Positions 23,471 through 35,879 of a stretch of DNA of 57,795 nt are shown piece by piece. The translations under genes were made by a program, and so were the position numbers. The notes beneath the pieces are model-generated. The model was given only the letters and a program-made list of their open reading frames with translations. It was not told the origin of the DNA and searched no databases. The DNA comes from Carpediemonas membranifera BICM (Eukaryota; Protista; Fornicata). The stretch is taken from the NCBI GenBank assembly GCA_019828565.1, contig JAHDYR010000054.1, positions 1 to 57,795 on the forward strand, in the 5' to 3' direction. How positions within the stretch are numbered: the stretch's first letter is position 1; every line of letters starts with the position of its first letter.

Positions 23471-25037
23471 CTGCTAGCCACCTTCCTGTCGACCAGTCCA
23501 TGTCTATGAACCTGCTGTCGTCGACCGTCGACGGGCTGCGTTCTACTCGAGCTCCAAGCCACTCGGAGGGCCAGATCTCTTTCTGCATGGGACCCCACTC
23601 GGCTGTGATCCTGTCGATGATCCGACGAGGCGCTGAGAGCGTTTCGGACCTCGACAACGCGTCGGCTTGGACGTTCAAGTGACCAGAGACGTGAAGGAGC
23701 CTTATCCTGATGGCCCTTTCGCTCAGTGTGGGTAGCAGGTCCCGTATGACTGAGTCTACAAACTGCGGAGCCTTGGTTGAGCCTTGCTTGTTCCACCAGC
23801 TGACTGCTGCCACCGAGTCGGAGTAGATGGTGACCTCCGCGTCTGTCAACGGCTCTGCTAGGATCAGTCTCACTGCTTGTTCCACTGCTCGGAACTCGAG
23901 CAATGTGATGTGCTCGTCCACCGGGGCCGGCCTGGTGAAGGTGAAGGGTTGACGGCCCGGGATTGTGATCACTCCGCCGAGTCCTGAGTGAGAGGCGTCT
24001 GTCATCGCTGTGATGTGGAGCGTCGGAGACAGACCCCACAGGTGAAGCAGCTCTTGGAAGGACCTTATCGGAGATGGCCGTGATAAGCGGCGCTCCCATT
24101 GGATCAGTGTTTCTCTCGCTTCGCCGGATATGAGTGTGCGGTAGCGGTCCTTCAGTTGGGCTCTCTGGAGGGGTCTGATAGCGGCTCGGCCCTCCGGCCA
24201 AATGATGGCTGCAAAGCCGAGATTGCCCAACAACCGCTGCATGCTGTGTGTCGTGGCCCCCGATGCCAAGGCCTCCCTGACTCGTGAGAGGTACTTCTGC
24301 CGCTTGCTGTCCTGCAGAGCGATCCCCCGCCGGCCAGAGTCCATGACGAAGCCAAGGAAGTCGGTCTGCTGCGTTGGTGAGAGCTGCGATTTCTTCCTGT
24401 TGATGACCAGGCCGAGGTTCTCTAGGAGCTGTAGTATGCCCGGCATCGCAGCGGTCAGTGTCTTCTTGTCCCCGGACAGGAGCCAGTCGTCGAGATAGAT
24501 GGTCAAGTTGATGCCTGGGAACATCCGTGCTACGATCTGCGCTGCTGTCAGCATCACCCTTTGGAAGAAGAATGGTGCTGGGCCCCAGCCAAAGGGTAGG
24601 ACGTTGAAGGCATAGGGTCTCCCGTCGACCACGAAACCCAGCAGCGGGCTGTCCGAGGCCCTGACCCCTAACTGGTAGTAGCCCTTGACTAGGTCCAAGC
24701 GTGCCATGTAGTCTCCTTCGCGAAGCTGGGCCATCGCTTGCTTGACTCCCTTCAGCCGAAAGGTTCGATGTTCCGTTGACACTGCGTTCAGTGCCCTTAG
24801 GTCGTGGATCAGACGCGTCTCTGGTGGCGTCTTCGGCACAGTGAAGATAGGTGAGATCAAGCTGGGAGACCGGCATGGGCTTGCCGCGCCCAGGCTCAGG
24901 AGGGTTTTCAGGTGGTCGCGGAATGCCTTGCGGTCCTTGGCGCGAGTTGGTGGTAGGCGCGGATGACGAGGGTGCGCTCTTAGGGATATCGGGACGCCCT
25001 CGCGTAGCCACGTAACCACCTCTGATGGCGCGCCCAA
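23471..25037 (-). CDS. RT-RNase H of YR family E, truncated in the MT-like region
   Basis: RLDLVKGYYQ, LPFGWG, YLDD, TDAS, HVSGHLNVQADALSR. Confidence 0.9.
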
Positions 25038-25543
25038 GTGCCTCCATAGGCGCCACTGCCTGTTGATGCAGGGAAATGGTGGAACTGACGGGGGAGGAGG
25101 TGCTGTGGACGGGGGAGGAGGAGGCGTCGGTGACAGGGGAGGAGATTGAGGAGTAGTGGGATTTATGGTTGGATGAGGAGTTAGGACCTGTGGACCGGGG
25201 CGAGGATCCTTGATGGGTGGTTTCTTTTGGCTTAGTTTGAGTTCTTCGTGCCGGCGCGCTTCGGCTTCTTCCCGTGAAAACCCCGGTTGCCGCCGTCATG
25301 TCCGGTGCCGGGCTTGGTGTTCTTCTCGGTCAGGCGGGGGATCTCGGACAGGGTGCGGAGGACGAGAGTCTCGATCTCCGTCTCGTTCATCTCGTGGCGC
25401 TCGGCAAGGGCTGTGGTGGTCATAGACCACACTAATCATTTATACAGTTTAAGCCATTTATTGGCACAAGGGTTTTCTCTTCTTCTTTCCCTATAAAAGC
25501 ATTCTCCGCATTAGCGAGGCACATTAACGTTAATTCCCCTCAA

Positions 25544-28500
25544 ATGCTGAAGAAATCCGATCCCCCGTTGCTGAAGTCGCCAGATCTGAACGAACTGTTC
25601 ATCTTTGTGGACAAGTTCAACGATTACCGCGCCTTAGGGGGCAAGCGAGACATTGAGAAGCTAATCGACAGCGAGGTTCGGGAGATGGTGACAGCAATCC
25701 TACCAGCGGACGATCTTGACGACGCGGAGGAAGAGATCCCTCTCCTCCTTAATCAACATCATCGTGCCGCTCGCTCCAGAGCCCAGAAGGACCTCAAGAT
25801 CATCAAGCGCCTAGGACGCGCTCTCAGACCTACTCAAGAAGTCAACAAGCTCCGTCTCTTTAGAATCACCGCCAAGGACTTCTCCCCTATCGAAGTTGCT
25901 CGAGTCAACAAGAAGTTCCGTATTACCATGGCAGTCGTCCAACCCGAGTTCCCCCTCGAGACACTACGCGACATATACGTTCGTTGTTTCAAGTTCGGAT
26001 CCAACCAGACGATGTACCGCATCAAGGAGGTGATCCAGGACATGTCGCTAGAAGATGCCATGCCGCGCGTTCTAGCCCTATCCAGAACAGTCCAAGAGAG
26101 CACCGCGATCGCCAACGCGTTCCAGGACAAGCCGTCCAACGCCGAGCACCACCACACGAGCCGTAACTCCCACCGACGCAACGATCGCAAGCCTCAGTCA
26201 CGTCCCACCGAAGACCGTTCGCATGCTACCAGACCTGAACACGCGTCGACTAAGCCTATCGACAAGAAGGGCAGACGTGATCATTCACAGTTCACTTGCT
26301 ATAACTGTGGTGGTAAGGGTCACGCCGTCTACGAGTGTAAGAAGCCCAAGAACAAGTGTCAGAAGTGCGGGAAGAGCGGACACCTTGACAGGTTCTGTAA
26401 ATCCCCACAGTACTTGTCCTTGTTCTCGATGACTTCACACAAACGCAAAGATAGCCTACCTCTGTGCAAAGTTAAGGTCGAGGGTCGAGACGTCGTTGCC
26501 TTGATTGATTCGGGGAGCCAACTGCTCCACTATATCCCCCAAGCTGACCAAGGGTATGACGCGAATATCAGATGAAGAGCGAAGCGTGCGTACAGCCAAG
26601 GGAACTATACAGTCCCAAGGTTCCGTGCAAGGGAACATCAAACTCATGCCGTCAGCCTTTACACCTAAGGCAGTGTCCTTCAAGCCGGAGTTGATTGTGC
26701 TAGATACTGAGTTCGACGTCGTCCTGGGGTACCCCCACCTTGTCGAGCTGGGAATCCTCCCCGACGTGAACGTAGAGTCAGGGGAAGACTCGGACGAAGT
26801 CCAGGTCCCCGAAGCTTTCAAGCACAACGCTGCCATCTTTAGTCTATCCGACCAGTCGACCAAGAGTCAAGCCGAACTGATCAAGAGGTTCTCCGATCTA
26901 TTCCAAGACCGGGACGAACCTAGCAGGCTAGAGCCGTACGACCTCGTTCTGAAGGACGATCGGGTCGTGAACGCCAGACCTTACTATGTACCCCCAGCGA
27001 AGATACACGTCGTGAGAGAGCACATCGACACGCTGCTAGCCAAGAAATATATCGAGGCCTGTCAGTCACAATACGCTTCCCCAGCTATGACTGTGCCTAA
27101 GAAGGGAGGCAAGTCGCGTTTCGTAGTCGATTTCCGCCGTATTAACGAGCTTACTGAGCCGTTCGACTACCCCATCCCTCGTATCGACGAGGTGCTGTCA
27201 CAGCTCGCAGGACAGAAGATCTTCGCGACTCTAGACCTGTCGTCCGGGTACCACCAGATCCCTTTGACAGAACGATCAAGACCCCTGACTGCATTTACCA
27301 CCGTACTAGGGCAGTATCAATACCGACGGATGCCTTTCGGGCTGCGCAACGCAGGAGCTCACTTCCAGAAGGCCATGGAGCGCGCCTTCGCCGGGCTCGT
27401 GGGCAGCTCATGTTACATTTACATCGACGATATTATTGTCTTCGGCAGCGACGAGGCCGAATATCTCGCGAACCTCGAAAGAGTCCTGGACCGTGCGCGT
27501 AAGGTCAAGCTCCAGCTCAATCGCGAGAAATGCCAATTCGGCAGGCAGGAGGTCGAGTTCTTAGGTTGGGTTGTCAATGATGGGCAGGTGAGCATCGCAC
27601 CCAGCCGTGTAGACGACATCGCAAATCTCCAGATGCCGACATCCATCAAGGGCATGCAGGGCCTAGTAGGATTCCTCAACTATTTCCGGGATCACATCCC
27701 CCATTTTGCGGAAATCGGACACCCGTTAATCAAAGCTATGTCCGGTCACACAAGTCTCGGCCTGACCGCCCAGCAGGAGGCCCTCGATAAGCTCAAGCAG
27801 AGCCTTACCTCCGCTGACGCCCTAGCAATTTTCGACGCCACGAAGGAGCATTCTATAATGACCGACGCCTCGGGAGTGGGGTACGGCGCAGTCCTATTGC
27901 AAGAGGGCAAGCCTGTCTGTTACATGTCGAAGGCCTTCAACGCCACACAGTCTCGTTGGTCAACGATTGAGAAGGAGGCGTACGCCATTGTGGCGGCCTT
28001 GCAGCGCTGGCGCAAGTTCCTTGCCTGGGGACCTTTCTCCATACTCACTGACCACCGAAACCTTACCTTCATGTACCGTAGCATCAACCCGAAAGTCAGG
28101 AGGTGGGCCGATGCCATTTCCGACTTGGACTTTGAGATTAAGCACGTCGCCGGCCTGGACAATGGAGCCGCAGATGGTCTGTCCCGTGTGTTTACTATGT
28201 TCACTCGCAAAGCTACGACCGATGAGATTGAAGAAGCACACACCACCGCCGGCGCCCATCTATCTCGACGACTAACGACCGAGAAGCTTAGAGCCGAAGG
28301 GTTGTCGGTGTCGAGAGCCGCAGTCGACCAGGTGATTGCAGCTTGCCCGGTGTGCCAAGTCCTCGAGAGACCCCACGTCGATACACCGGATGGTCTGCAT
28401 ACCGCCGTTGATGAACCGTTTAAGCGAGTAGCCATCGACACCTTAGGTCCGTTCCCCAAGTCGCAGGGGTTCACGCACATCTCCGTCATCATAGATATGT

Positions 28501-29480
28501 GTAGTAGGTGGACCGAGTTGGTTCCAGTCACAGGTACGACTGCGCAAGCCGCAGTTACGGCGTTCGTTAATAACTGGGTCTTACGCTATGGCTGCCCCGA
28601 GGTCTTACAGACTGACGGCGGGCCCGAGTTTAACAATCAGCTCATGAAGTCCCTGGCCGACGAGATGGGTTTCCACACCCATGTTACGACTCCACATCAC
28701 CCGCAATCTAATGGCATCGTCGAACGGGCCAACAGTGGAGTTCTCAAAATCTTGAAGGCCAGAAAGTTCCATTTCCGGGACGCGGACTGGGTCAAGCACT
28801 TACCTGTCGCACAATTTATCGTCAATTCGACGCCCAGGATACCCACTCACCTCTCACCATCCGAGATCATACTAGGTGTCAACATCAGGATCCCGAACGA
28901 GATCATCATCTGCACCCACTCGACTAGCGCCAGAATACAGGACAGACGCGCGGCGGCTGGCCAAGCCATCCAGCTAGCGAAGGCTAGAATTCAGGCAATG
29001 AGAGAGGACGCTCTCGCAAACGCCGCATCGTCACGTCAGGAGTTACTGTGCCGGTTCGTGTTGGTCAAGTACCCAGCCAGACCTCCCAACAAGCTGATGC
29101 CAGGATGGCGAGGGCCCATGCGACGGGTCAGTGCGGTTAAGCAAGATGGCGTGACGGTCGCCTATGAAGTTCAGGACCTCAACCAGGGAAGCCAAGGCAA
29201 GATATTGAAGGTCGACGCCCCGCGCGTACGCAGATTTAACCCTGGCAATCTATCCGAGCGAGAGATCAAGGACTTGGCCGCCACGGCGAACGATGAGTGG
29301 GAAGTGGACCGTATTTCCAAATCGCGAGGGAACGGAACACGAACCAAACGCGAATACCGCGTTCACTGGTCTGGTTTCGAGGACGAGGAGGCGACATGGC
29401 AGGATTGGGACTCCGTCAAGGACCTGGAAGCATTAGATATATATTTGAAGTCTGACCAAGCCAAACTGGACGGTCTATAA
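25544..29480 (+). CDS. Gag-Pol polyprotein with one frame break at ~26515 inside the protease DSG motif
   Basis: Two CCHC knuckles; LIDSG; LDLSSGYHQ, MPFGL, YIDD; TDAS; HHCC, D..D35E integrase; GPM; WEVDRI...YRVHWSGF..ATW chromodomain. Confidence 0.95.
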
Positions 29481-29522
29481 ATCTTCACCACATCTAATCG
29501 CTCCAGCGTCAAGTCATCAGAT

Positions 29523-30603
29523 TTATTCGTCGTCCGACTCCTCGGTATCGGTCAGCTCGACCAACCAAGACGCGTCAGCGTGGCGCTCAAGATCGTGCTC
29601 AGCAAGATAGTCGCGCACACAACGGACGAGACAGAGATCGGCGTTCAGCCAGACGATGCTGAGGCCTGAGTAACCCTCATACTGGAGTATGAGAGCGAAG
29701 GTCCCAGGTCCACGAGTCGTTTTCAGGAACTCATGGCGGACAACACACGTCACCGTGTAGTAACGGTCCGGGTCAGAGACCTGGAGAGGCTCCCAATGGA
29801 TCTCGTCCCCGATGGCAGGCAGGTGACCATCGCGGCACAGCTCGTCGACCAGCATCGCCCAGAAAGCGATGGGTGCACCGATACCGCGGCTGATGCCAAA
29901 GAGCGCTACCCTGAAGTAGTCCGGCGAAAAGACGAGGATCATGAGCCGGTTGAGGTAACCACGAGCCGTGGTATCAGATCCGACATTAGCAGCAGCGCGC
30001 ACTGCGGCCACGAGCCCAGCTGAGTAACGCCCATTGCCAGTCAGGCTGATATCGCCACTCTGAAGGGCGGCCGACACGATGTCCCCGTCAGTGAGGGTCG
30101 GGCGCAGACGGATCTTAAGGTGAGACACCACGCCAGCGAGAGCGAACTGACAGAAAGCCACGAGGCCGAGTACCTGCCGACACTTCACTACATCCATGTA
30201 CACCGAAGCCTGATGAAGGTGTCCTTGCTCGATTGCGTCGAAGATGCGCTGAAGAGGCATCTCGACGGAGTTGGTGTAGCCGGCTAGGCGCCGAGTGACC
30301 TCCGCTCGTATGTCGCGAGGTAGCTGGTGGGATGCGGTTGTCGGGCGAGTGATCCGCTCCGCGGCCTGCACACGGTGTCTGAATGAGTATTCTGTTGATA
30401 TTGGTTACTTACAAGTTCCCGGTGGCCAAACGCTTGCGTTGCGTACGGGTCTGAGCACGAAGAGAACGACAGACGGCGGAATGAGCGGAAACAAGAGGCT
30501 TAGTGAGTTCCTCGTCACCAATTTCGGCGATTTTAGCGCGAATAGTATCCAGAATTGCTTCTACGGCGGCGTTGTCCGACATCAACTGAGTTGACGGCGA
30601 CAT
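29523..30603 (-). CDS. Antisense accessory gene of the Ty3: two exons (intron 30379-30412), 348 aa, C-terminal chromodomain-like fold
   Basis: Removing the 34-nt GTAAGT...TTCAG intron joins ORFs 30409-30624 and 29523-30371 in frame; YYTVTCVVRH...LILQYEGY...VW...VRDYL. Confidence 0.75.
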
Positions 30604-31900
30604 ATTCTGCACTTTTTGGAACAATCGGTTTCAGGACGAAACCTAGAGCAGTAATAGGACGCCAAATCAAGCTAATTCATCTATTTACTAAGCGCTGTAG
30701 CCTATTAGCTCCATCGGAAGCCGATTGATGTTGTTAATGAAGTACGAGCGCGCCAGGAAAAATGAAAGGCCCAAAACTCGCCAACGAAGGCCTTTTGGAG
30801 CCTCTTAATGCCTTTTTCGGCGTCTGCGTAAGTTTCAGCGCAAATGGTACAGTACTTCTTCTTATTCTTCTAGACGCCGAGATCAACCCTCGAATTACTT
30901 AGAAGCATGCGTAACACGTAATATTTTTCGAGACACGGCCATATGAGGCCGTGGAGGGGCAGGGATAAGCCTCTATGAATACGGGCGAACCCTAGCCGTC
31001 CGTTTGACTGTCATTGACGTTGGTAAGTTCGGACCCTATATGCGGTTCATGAGGGCGGTGAAGCCCTGGTAAGACTATCTTAACACGTAACATAGCAATT
31101 GCTTACACAGTGGATCCACGTTATCATACACAGCTGTCGGGTTTTATTCCCATGTCACCGTTGGTGATACCATAATTCCGTATCGGAAGACCGCGGGTCG
31201 GGCGTTGCCCACTCCACTGCCAATGGAGTAGACCGTTGCATAGCTTGGGTGGCACCAAACTATAACACGGATGACCCTAGGCCAACCTAACCCCCGTAAC
31301 TCGTTGAGTGTCATGCCTATTACCCAGGCATGGAGGGGCAGTGTGGTGGTCATAGACCACACTAATCATTTATACAGTTTAAGCCATTTATTGGCACAAG
31401 GGTTTTCTCTTCTTCTTTCCCTATAAAAGCATTCTCCGCATTAGCGAGGCACAGGGCGGCCATGCCCGCGGTGGAGACAGCAGAGGCGGCTAGGTAGCCG
31501 TAGCGGTCCTTCACCCATAGGACTCGGTGACGGAGGAAGATGCGAGCGAGTACGGCGAAGCCACTGATTCGATTGAACTTGAAGCTGCGGTAGATCTCCT
31601 CGAGGAACTCCGCCTCTTCGCGCATAGTGGATGAAGCAGGACGCTTCCAAGTCATGGTGGTCTCTTGCCGAAGCAGATCTACTGTCTCTCGGACGTTGCC
31701 GCCGGCAGTAAATGCGTCTTGAAGCTGTTGAACGGTGGCTTTGAGCTCTGCGATCTCTTGGGCGGCGTCTCCCATCTGTTTCAGTTCGCTCTTGAACAAC
31801 TGAACCGCCCTTATGAGACGCACGATCCCGTCTTTGAGATCGTATCGAATCATCCTCGACCTCTCGCGCCGAAGTTTTGGCTCCGCTGGCCTTGCCAACC

Positions 31901-31982
31901 GTGCGTTTGGCCGAGCGGTCTAAGGCGCTAGCTTCAGGCGCTAGTCTCTTCGGGGGCGTGGGTTCGAATCCCACAGCGCACA
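31901..31982 (+). tRNA. tRNA-Leu(CAG), identical second copy
   Basis: Identical to 17401-17482, plus 43 nt of identical downstream sequence. Confidence 0.97.
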
Positions 31983-32546
31983 TATGTTTATTGACGAATC
32001 AGTCAGCGCTGCCCGACTCGCGGGCTAGCTGTCCTAGCCTCTAGACATACTTGCTCTACCCAACGGGGGGGCGATCGTTTATTAAAGAAGAGAGCTAGTG
32101 TAAACGATCAGGGGACTCCGGCCAGCTTACCTACTGGGCGGATATACCGGTCTTGACCAGTATCGTGCCGTCGGATCTGGATGTTCCGAATTTTCTACCA
32201 TTCTGCCCGCATAAACTGCGCGGCTCGCCTGGTCGGCGCATCACCATGCCGGAGCGAGGCGATCTCATTGCCCTCCGCTCACGGCCCGTTACCCGAGGTA
32301 ACCTGTCAGCGCGATGTAACGCCAGCTAGCTGTCCTAGCCTCTAGACATACTTGCTCTACCCAACGGGGATATCCCACCGGCAACGAGCATAGTGGAATG
32401 GCTTGCAGGCACGCTTGCGAGCCCAAACCGACCGTCTCCTCGAGAGACCGCGTCAAAGAATGTCTGTTGTGGCTTACATCTGCCGTTGTAACGCGTGTCA
32501 GCCCCACCCTACCTAGCTCTCCCAGCCACTAGCTCCCGTCAGAGAT

Positions 32547-33851
32547 TTAAAGTGGTGGTTGGAGAAGGATGGAGGCCAGGTGTCCCTGGACCCCCGGGTG
32601 TGTGCGGACCCCGTTGCCCATATATCTCAGCATGCTTTTCGTGGAGGCCCACGTCCCCATGGACAGGAGGACTTCGGTACTCGTGTGGGCTACCGCCAAC
32701 TCCGTGGTGGCGCCCTTGCGGAATGAGTGCCACGAAATGTCGGTGCCGTACGCCTGGTGGATCCAGTGGCGGAGGGTTGACGCCGGTAGCGGCTTCGATA
32801 GTGAAATACCACCGGTTGAGGTGATCGCCCGCCAGATGAGGTCGTCGTCGCGGCGCGTTGCCGTGGGGACCCATGCCTTCAGGGCCCTTGCTGGGTTAAA
32901 GCGGGCCCACGATTGGTTTGGTACCAGCTTGCGGACGCCTGTGGCAGTCTTAGTTCTCGCGAACAGAAGGAGGGCATTGCCATCAGCGTCGAACTCGACG
33001 TCTCTTCGTCTGAGCCCAAAGATCTCTGCGCCTCTACTCACGGTGATAAAGCAGAGAGCAGAAAAGAGGGCGGCCTGGAAGGCTTGGGGTGACTTCCGAC
33101 GTCTGTCTATGACCCTGCGGACTCTCGCGGACGTGACAGGCTTCGCACCCCCGGTCAGGCCTTCTACAGAGGCGACGTTCCGGGCGGCGGCGATTATCTG
33201 CTTGGCAGCGATCGGGGGGCGCCAGTCAGACACGAGTGGGGCGGCCTCGCAAATCCAGTAGCCTTTCCTGTGTATCGACTGTGGGCCCGACGTGGTACCC
33301 TCGGTCAGAAGGAACTCTTTGAGCTGTTGCGCGTGTGAGTGGCTCGCGTTGCGGGATTGGAGGAATTTGGCGACCCAGCCCGCTGCTGTGCGGCGCGACG
33401 ATTCGTTTCTGAAATGTGATAGTCGGTCGTCAGCGAGGAGGGCTTGGAACGGGTTTTCAGGATAAGCGCCACGAAGCGGATCTTGCCCTTGTCTGTCGCT
33501 GTCCAGGCTAGCTCGGACTGCAGGAGGTGTTTCGCCTGGACTCTGAGGTACAACTTGAGGGGTGTCAAACGTTTGATGGCTCGGACCTCGGGCGAGTTGA
33601 GGTCCGGGCACAGGACTATCGCCGCTGATCTCCAGTGTCGAGGGTTCCCAGTCTGGGTCGAGGCGCGTATTGTCTGGAGGCGACGACACGTCACTCCAAG
33701 AAGGGCTATAGGAGGAGCTATATAAATCCTGACTCCCCTCCAGTCCATCTGGAAGCCGTTGTCGTGGATTGACCAGGCTATTTCTGCAAAGCCTGGTAAG
33801 GCCAGAACCTTGTCGGGGCGTGCTGTGACGTCGATCTCGACCGGCCCCCAC
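32547..33851 (-). CDS. Tyrosine recombinase of family B (intact ORF)
   Basis: SRGAEI, RTKT, WHSFRKG, MGTW, LRY. Confidence 0.92.
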   Translation of the reverse strand: MGAGRDRRHSTPRQGSGLTRLCRNSLVNPRQRLPDGLEGSQDLYSSSYSPSWSDVSSPPDNTRLDPDWEPSTLEISGDSPVPGPQLARGPSHQTFDTPQVVPQSPGETPPAVRASLDSDRQGQDPLRGAYPENPFQALLADDRLSHFRNESSRRTAAGWVAKFLQSRNASHSHAQQLKEFLLTEGTTSGPQSIHRKGYWICEAAPLVSDWRPPIAAKQIIAAARNVASVEGLTGGAKPVTSARVRRVIDRRRKSPQAFQAALFSALCFITVSRGAEIFGLRRRDVEFDADGNALLLFARTKTATGVRKLVPNQSWARFNPARALKAWVPTATRRDDDLIWRAITSTGGISLSKPLPASTLRHWIHQAYGTDISWHSFRKGATTELAVAHTSTEVLLSMGTWASTKSMLRYMGNGVRTHPGVQGHLASILLQPPL

Positions 33852-35322
33852 TTGCGCATGATGGTTTCCAAGACTTCTCGGGGTGACGACCAGTCGAGCT
33901 TGGCGAACCTGGAGAGCCTGTCCGCCTGGACATTCAGGTGTCCGGCAATATGGAAGCAGTGGACGTCGAGGCGCTTGGTTTCTGCCGTGTTGTAGATGTC
34001 CTGTAGGATCTGGTGTGCGGCTGGGGGAGGTTCGGCGATCCCCGTCTGTTTACCCAGCTGATGGCAGCTGAGTTGTCGGCAAAGACTGTGAGAGAGGAGC
34101 GTGACTCCTGCTGGGGCACGAGATTGATCGCCTGAGCGATCGCGAAGAGCTCCTTGACGCCAATGTGTTCCCCCTTGAGATGAGGGGGGAAGGCACCCTG
34201 TGATGCCGCTCCCTTCTCCCCATTGAACAGGCATGCTCCCCAGCCGGACGTTGATGCGTCTGAGGTGACAGAAATCTGGAGCGTATCGCGTATTTCCCAG
34301 TCCGCTCTTGCTTCGGCGAACCTCTTGGGTGGGCGATCGCGGAGGAGGACTTGCCACGCCGCCAGCTGCCTGCGGATTTGGCTGGAGAGGTGGACGGTCT
34401 CCGTCGTAGGGGTGGCCTGCAGTGGTCTGAGTGCGAGGCGGGCGAACTGTGTGGTCCCTGCGAAGAATGACAGACGGCCTAGGAGCTTCTGCCAGTCTGA
34501 AGCTGTGATGGACCCGACCCGGAGGGCCTTGGAGATCGTGGCCGTGTAGGCCTCGGCCTTGTCTTTTGAGATTCTTAGGGACTCGCTTGCGGTGTCTATG
34601 TGGACACCTAGGTAGTCTACCTGCTGGGTCGGCGTGAGGACGCACTTGTTGAGGCCCGGTATCGCCCCCAGCGATAGCATGAGGTCGATGATCTGCGGGG
34701 TGACCGAAGCTAGGTACGATGGGGAGGCATGGGACACTAAGAAGTCGTCGAGATAGACCGCGATGGTCACCCCGAACCTGTGTGCGATGATCTTTGCAAG
34801 CTGTATGGTCGTGCTCTGGAACACGTACGGCGCCGCTGTCCATCCGAAGCCGAGTGTGTTGTACCTGAATGCGCGGCCGTCCGGTAGGACCACGCCTAGG
34901 AGGGGGGAGTCTCGCGAGGCGACGCCAAGTTGGTGGTATCCCGATGCTAGGTCTATCTTGATCATGTAGTCGTTCTTGTGCAGATTGCGGACCGCCCGTC
35001 TGATGCCGAACAGACGAAACACCCTCAGCTCTGCTGTCAACTCGTTCAGGGCTCGGAGGTCGTGCACGGGGCGGACATCGTCTTTGCCCTTCGACACCGC
35101 GAACAGGGGTGCGCTGTGACGCAGTTCGTCTATCGGGCACGGGGAGAGGACGCCCTTGGCGACTAGCTCTTCGATCTTCGGGAGTAGGCGGGGGTCCACT
35201 CGCCTTTGCGGTTCTGGTGGAGGGGGCGCAGAGGTGAGGTGGATAGGGACGCCATCCCGCAGCCAGCTTACTACCTCGGGGGAGGCACCGAGTCTTGCCC
35301 ACACCGGCCACTTTTTGTTCAT
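33305..35322 (-). CDS. RT-RNase H-MT-like polyprotein of family B (frameshift near 34025)
   Basis: KIDLASGYHQ, YLDD, SDAS, HIAGHLNVQADRLSR, IDVTA...YIAPP; the copy at 46380 has the extra G that restores the frame. Confidence 0.92.
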
Positions 35323-35351
35323 TGACGGGAACTGAACATCTGTGGCAAGGG

Positions 35352-35879
35352 CTACTTCTTGTGCTTCTTGTGAAACCCCCCTTTGTTCTGGGGCTGGTCC
35401 TTTCTCTTACCCTTGGCTCTGGCTTTGGCTGCGCAGTAGGAGATGGCACGGGGGGTTTTGGTCTGGGACGTGTTGAACAAGTCGAGAAACAGTTCGCAGG
35501 TTGCGTCCGACCAGTTGTCGTCCTTGAGGTCCAGAAGGGTACGGCGTGCTTGGAGTTCCACCAGGAGTCTTGCTTTGAGCGGCTCGTCGTCGAGGGCGTT
35601 GACGATCACCATCACGCGGCGAAGCCACTTTGCTTCCGCCTTAAGTGGTCTCTTTGTCGGAAGCTCGCCGTATGCATCCATCTCTGCCAGTGTTTGGTCA
35701 ATATCCGCTTCATCTTGTTCAGGGAAGAAATCAATTTGAGATTCCTTCGGCGGCTCGGTCTCGGGCGGCGGAGGAGGCGGATTAAGCTTTGCAAGCTGTT
35801 GCGAGATGGTAGCGATTGAGGCTTCTAGGTTATTGAGCCTCGTTGCCGTCGGATCTGGATGTTCCGAATTTTCTACCAT
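35352..35879 (-). CDS. Gag-like ORF1 of family B
   Basis: ELPTKRPLKAEAKWL, basic tail, first ORF of the element. Confidence 0.8.
   Translation of the reverse strand: MVENSEHPDPTATRLNNLEASIATISQQLAKLNPPPPPPETEPPKESQIDFFPEQDEADIDQTLAEMDAYGELPTKRPLKAEAKWLRRVMVIVNALDDEPLKARLLVELQARRTLLDLKDDNWSDATCELFLDLFNTSQTKTPRAISYCAAKARAKGKRKDQPQNKGGFHKKHKK

Larger units (their letters stand above)
25412..31453 (+). mobile_element. Complete chromodomain-bearing Ty3/gypsy LTR retrotransposon (family A), recent insertion
   Basis: Identical 112-bp LTRs 25412-25523 and 31342-31453 (TG...CA), 4-bp TSD GGGC, PPT GGAGGGGCAG, PR-RT-RH-IN-chromo order. Confidence 0.97.
23471..31900 (-). mobile_element. YR retroelement family E (3'-truncated), interrupted in gag by the complete Ty3
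   Basis: gag reads through from 31454-31898 into 25232-25411 once the Ty3 and TSD are removed; DIRS-type RT/RH downstream. Confidence 0.8.

Noticed and set aside
23380-25299. Long alternative-frame ORFs over YR RT genes (also 37850-39139 and the 5' parts of 33305-35449 and 44759-47200)
   Set aside because: Arg/Pro/Ser-rich shadow frames of GC-rich RT sequence with no domain motifs; some are fused by indels or insertion junctions.
26505-26520. Programmed gag-pol frameshift
   Set aside because: The break lies inside the protease DSG motif at a G run; a mutation or sequencing error is more likely.
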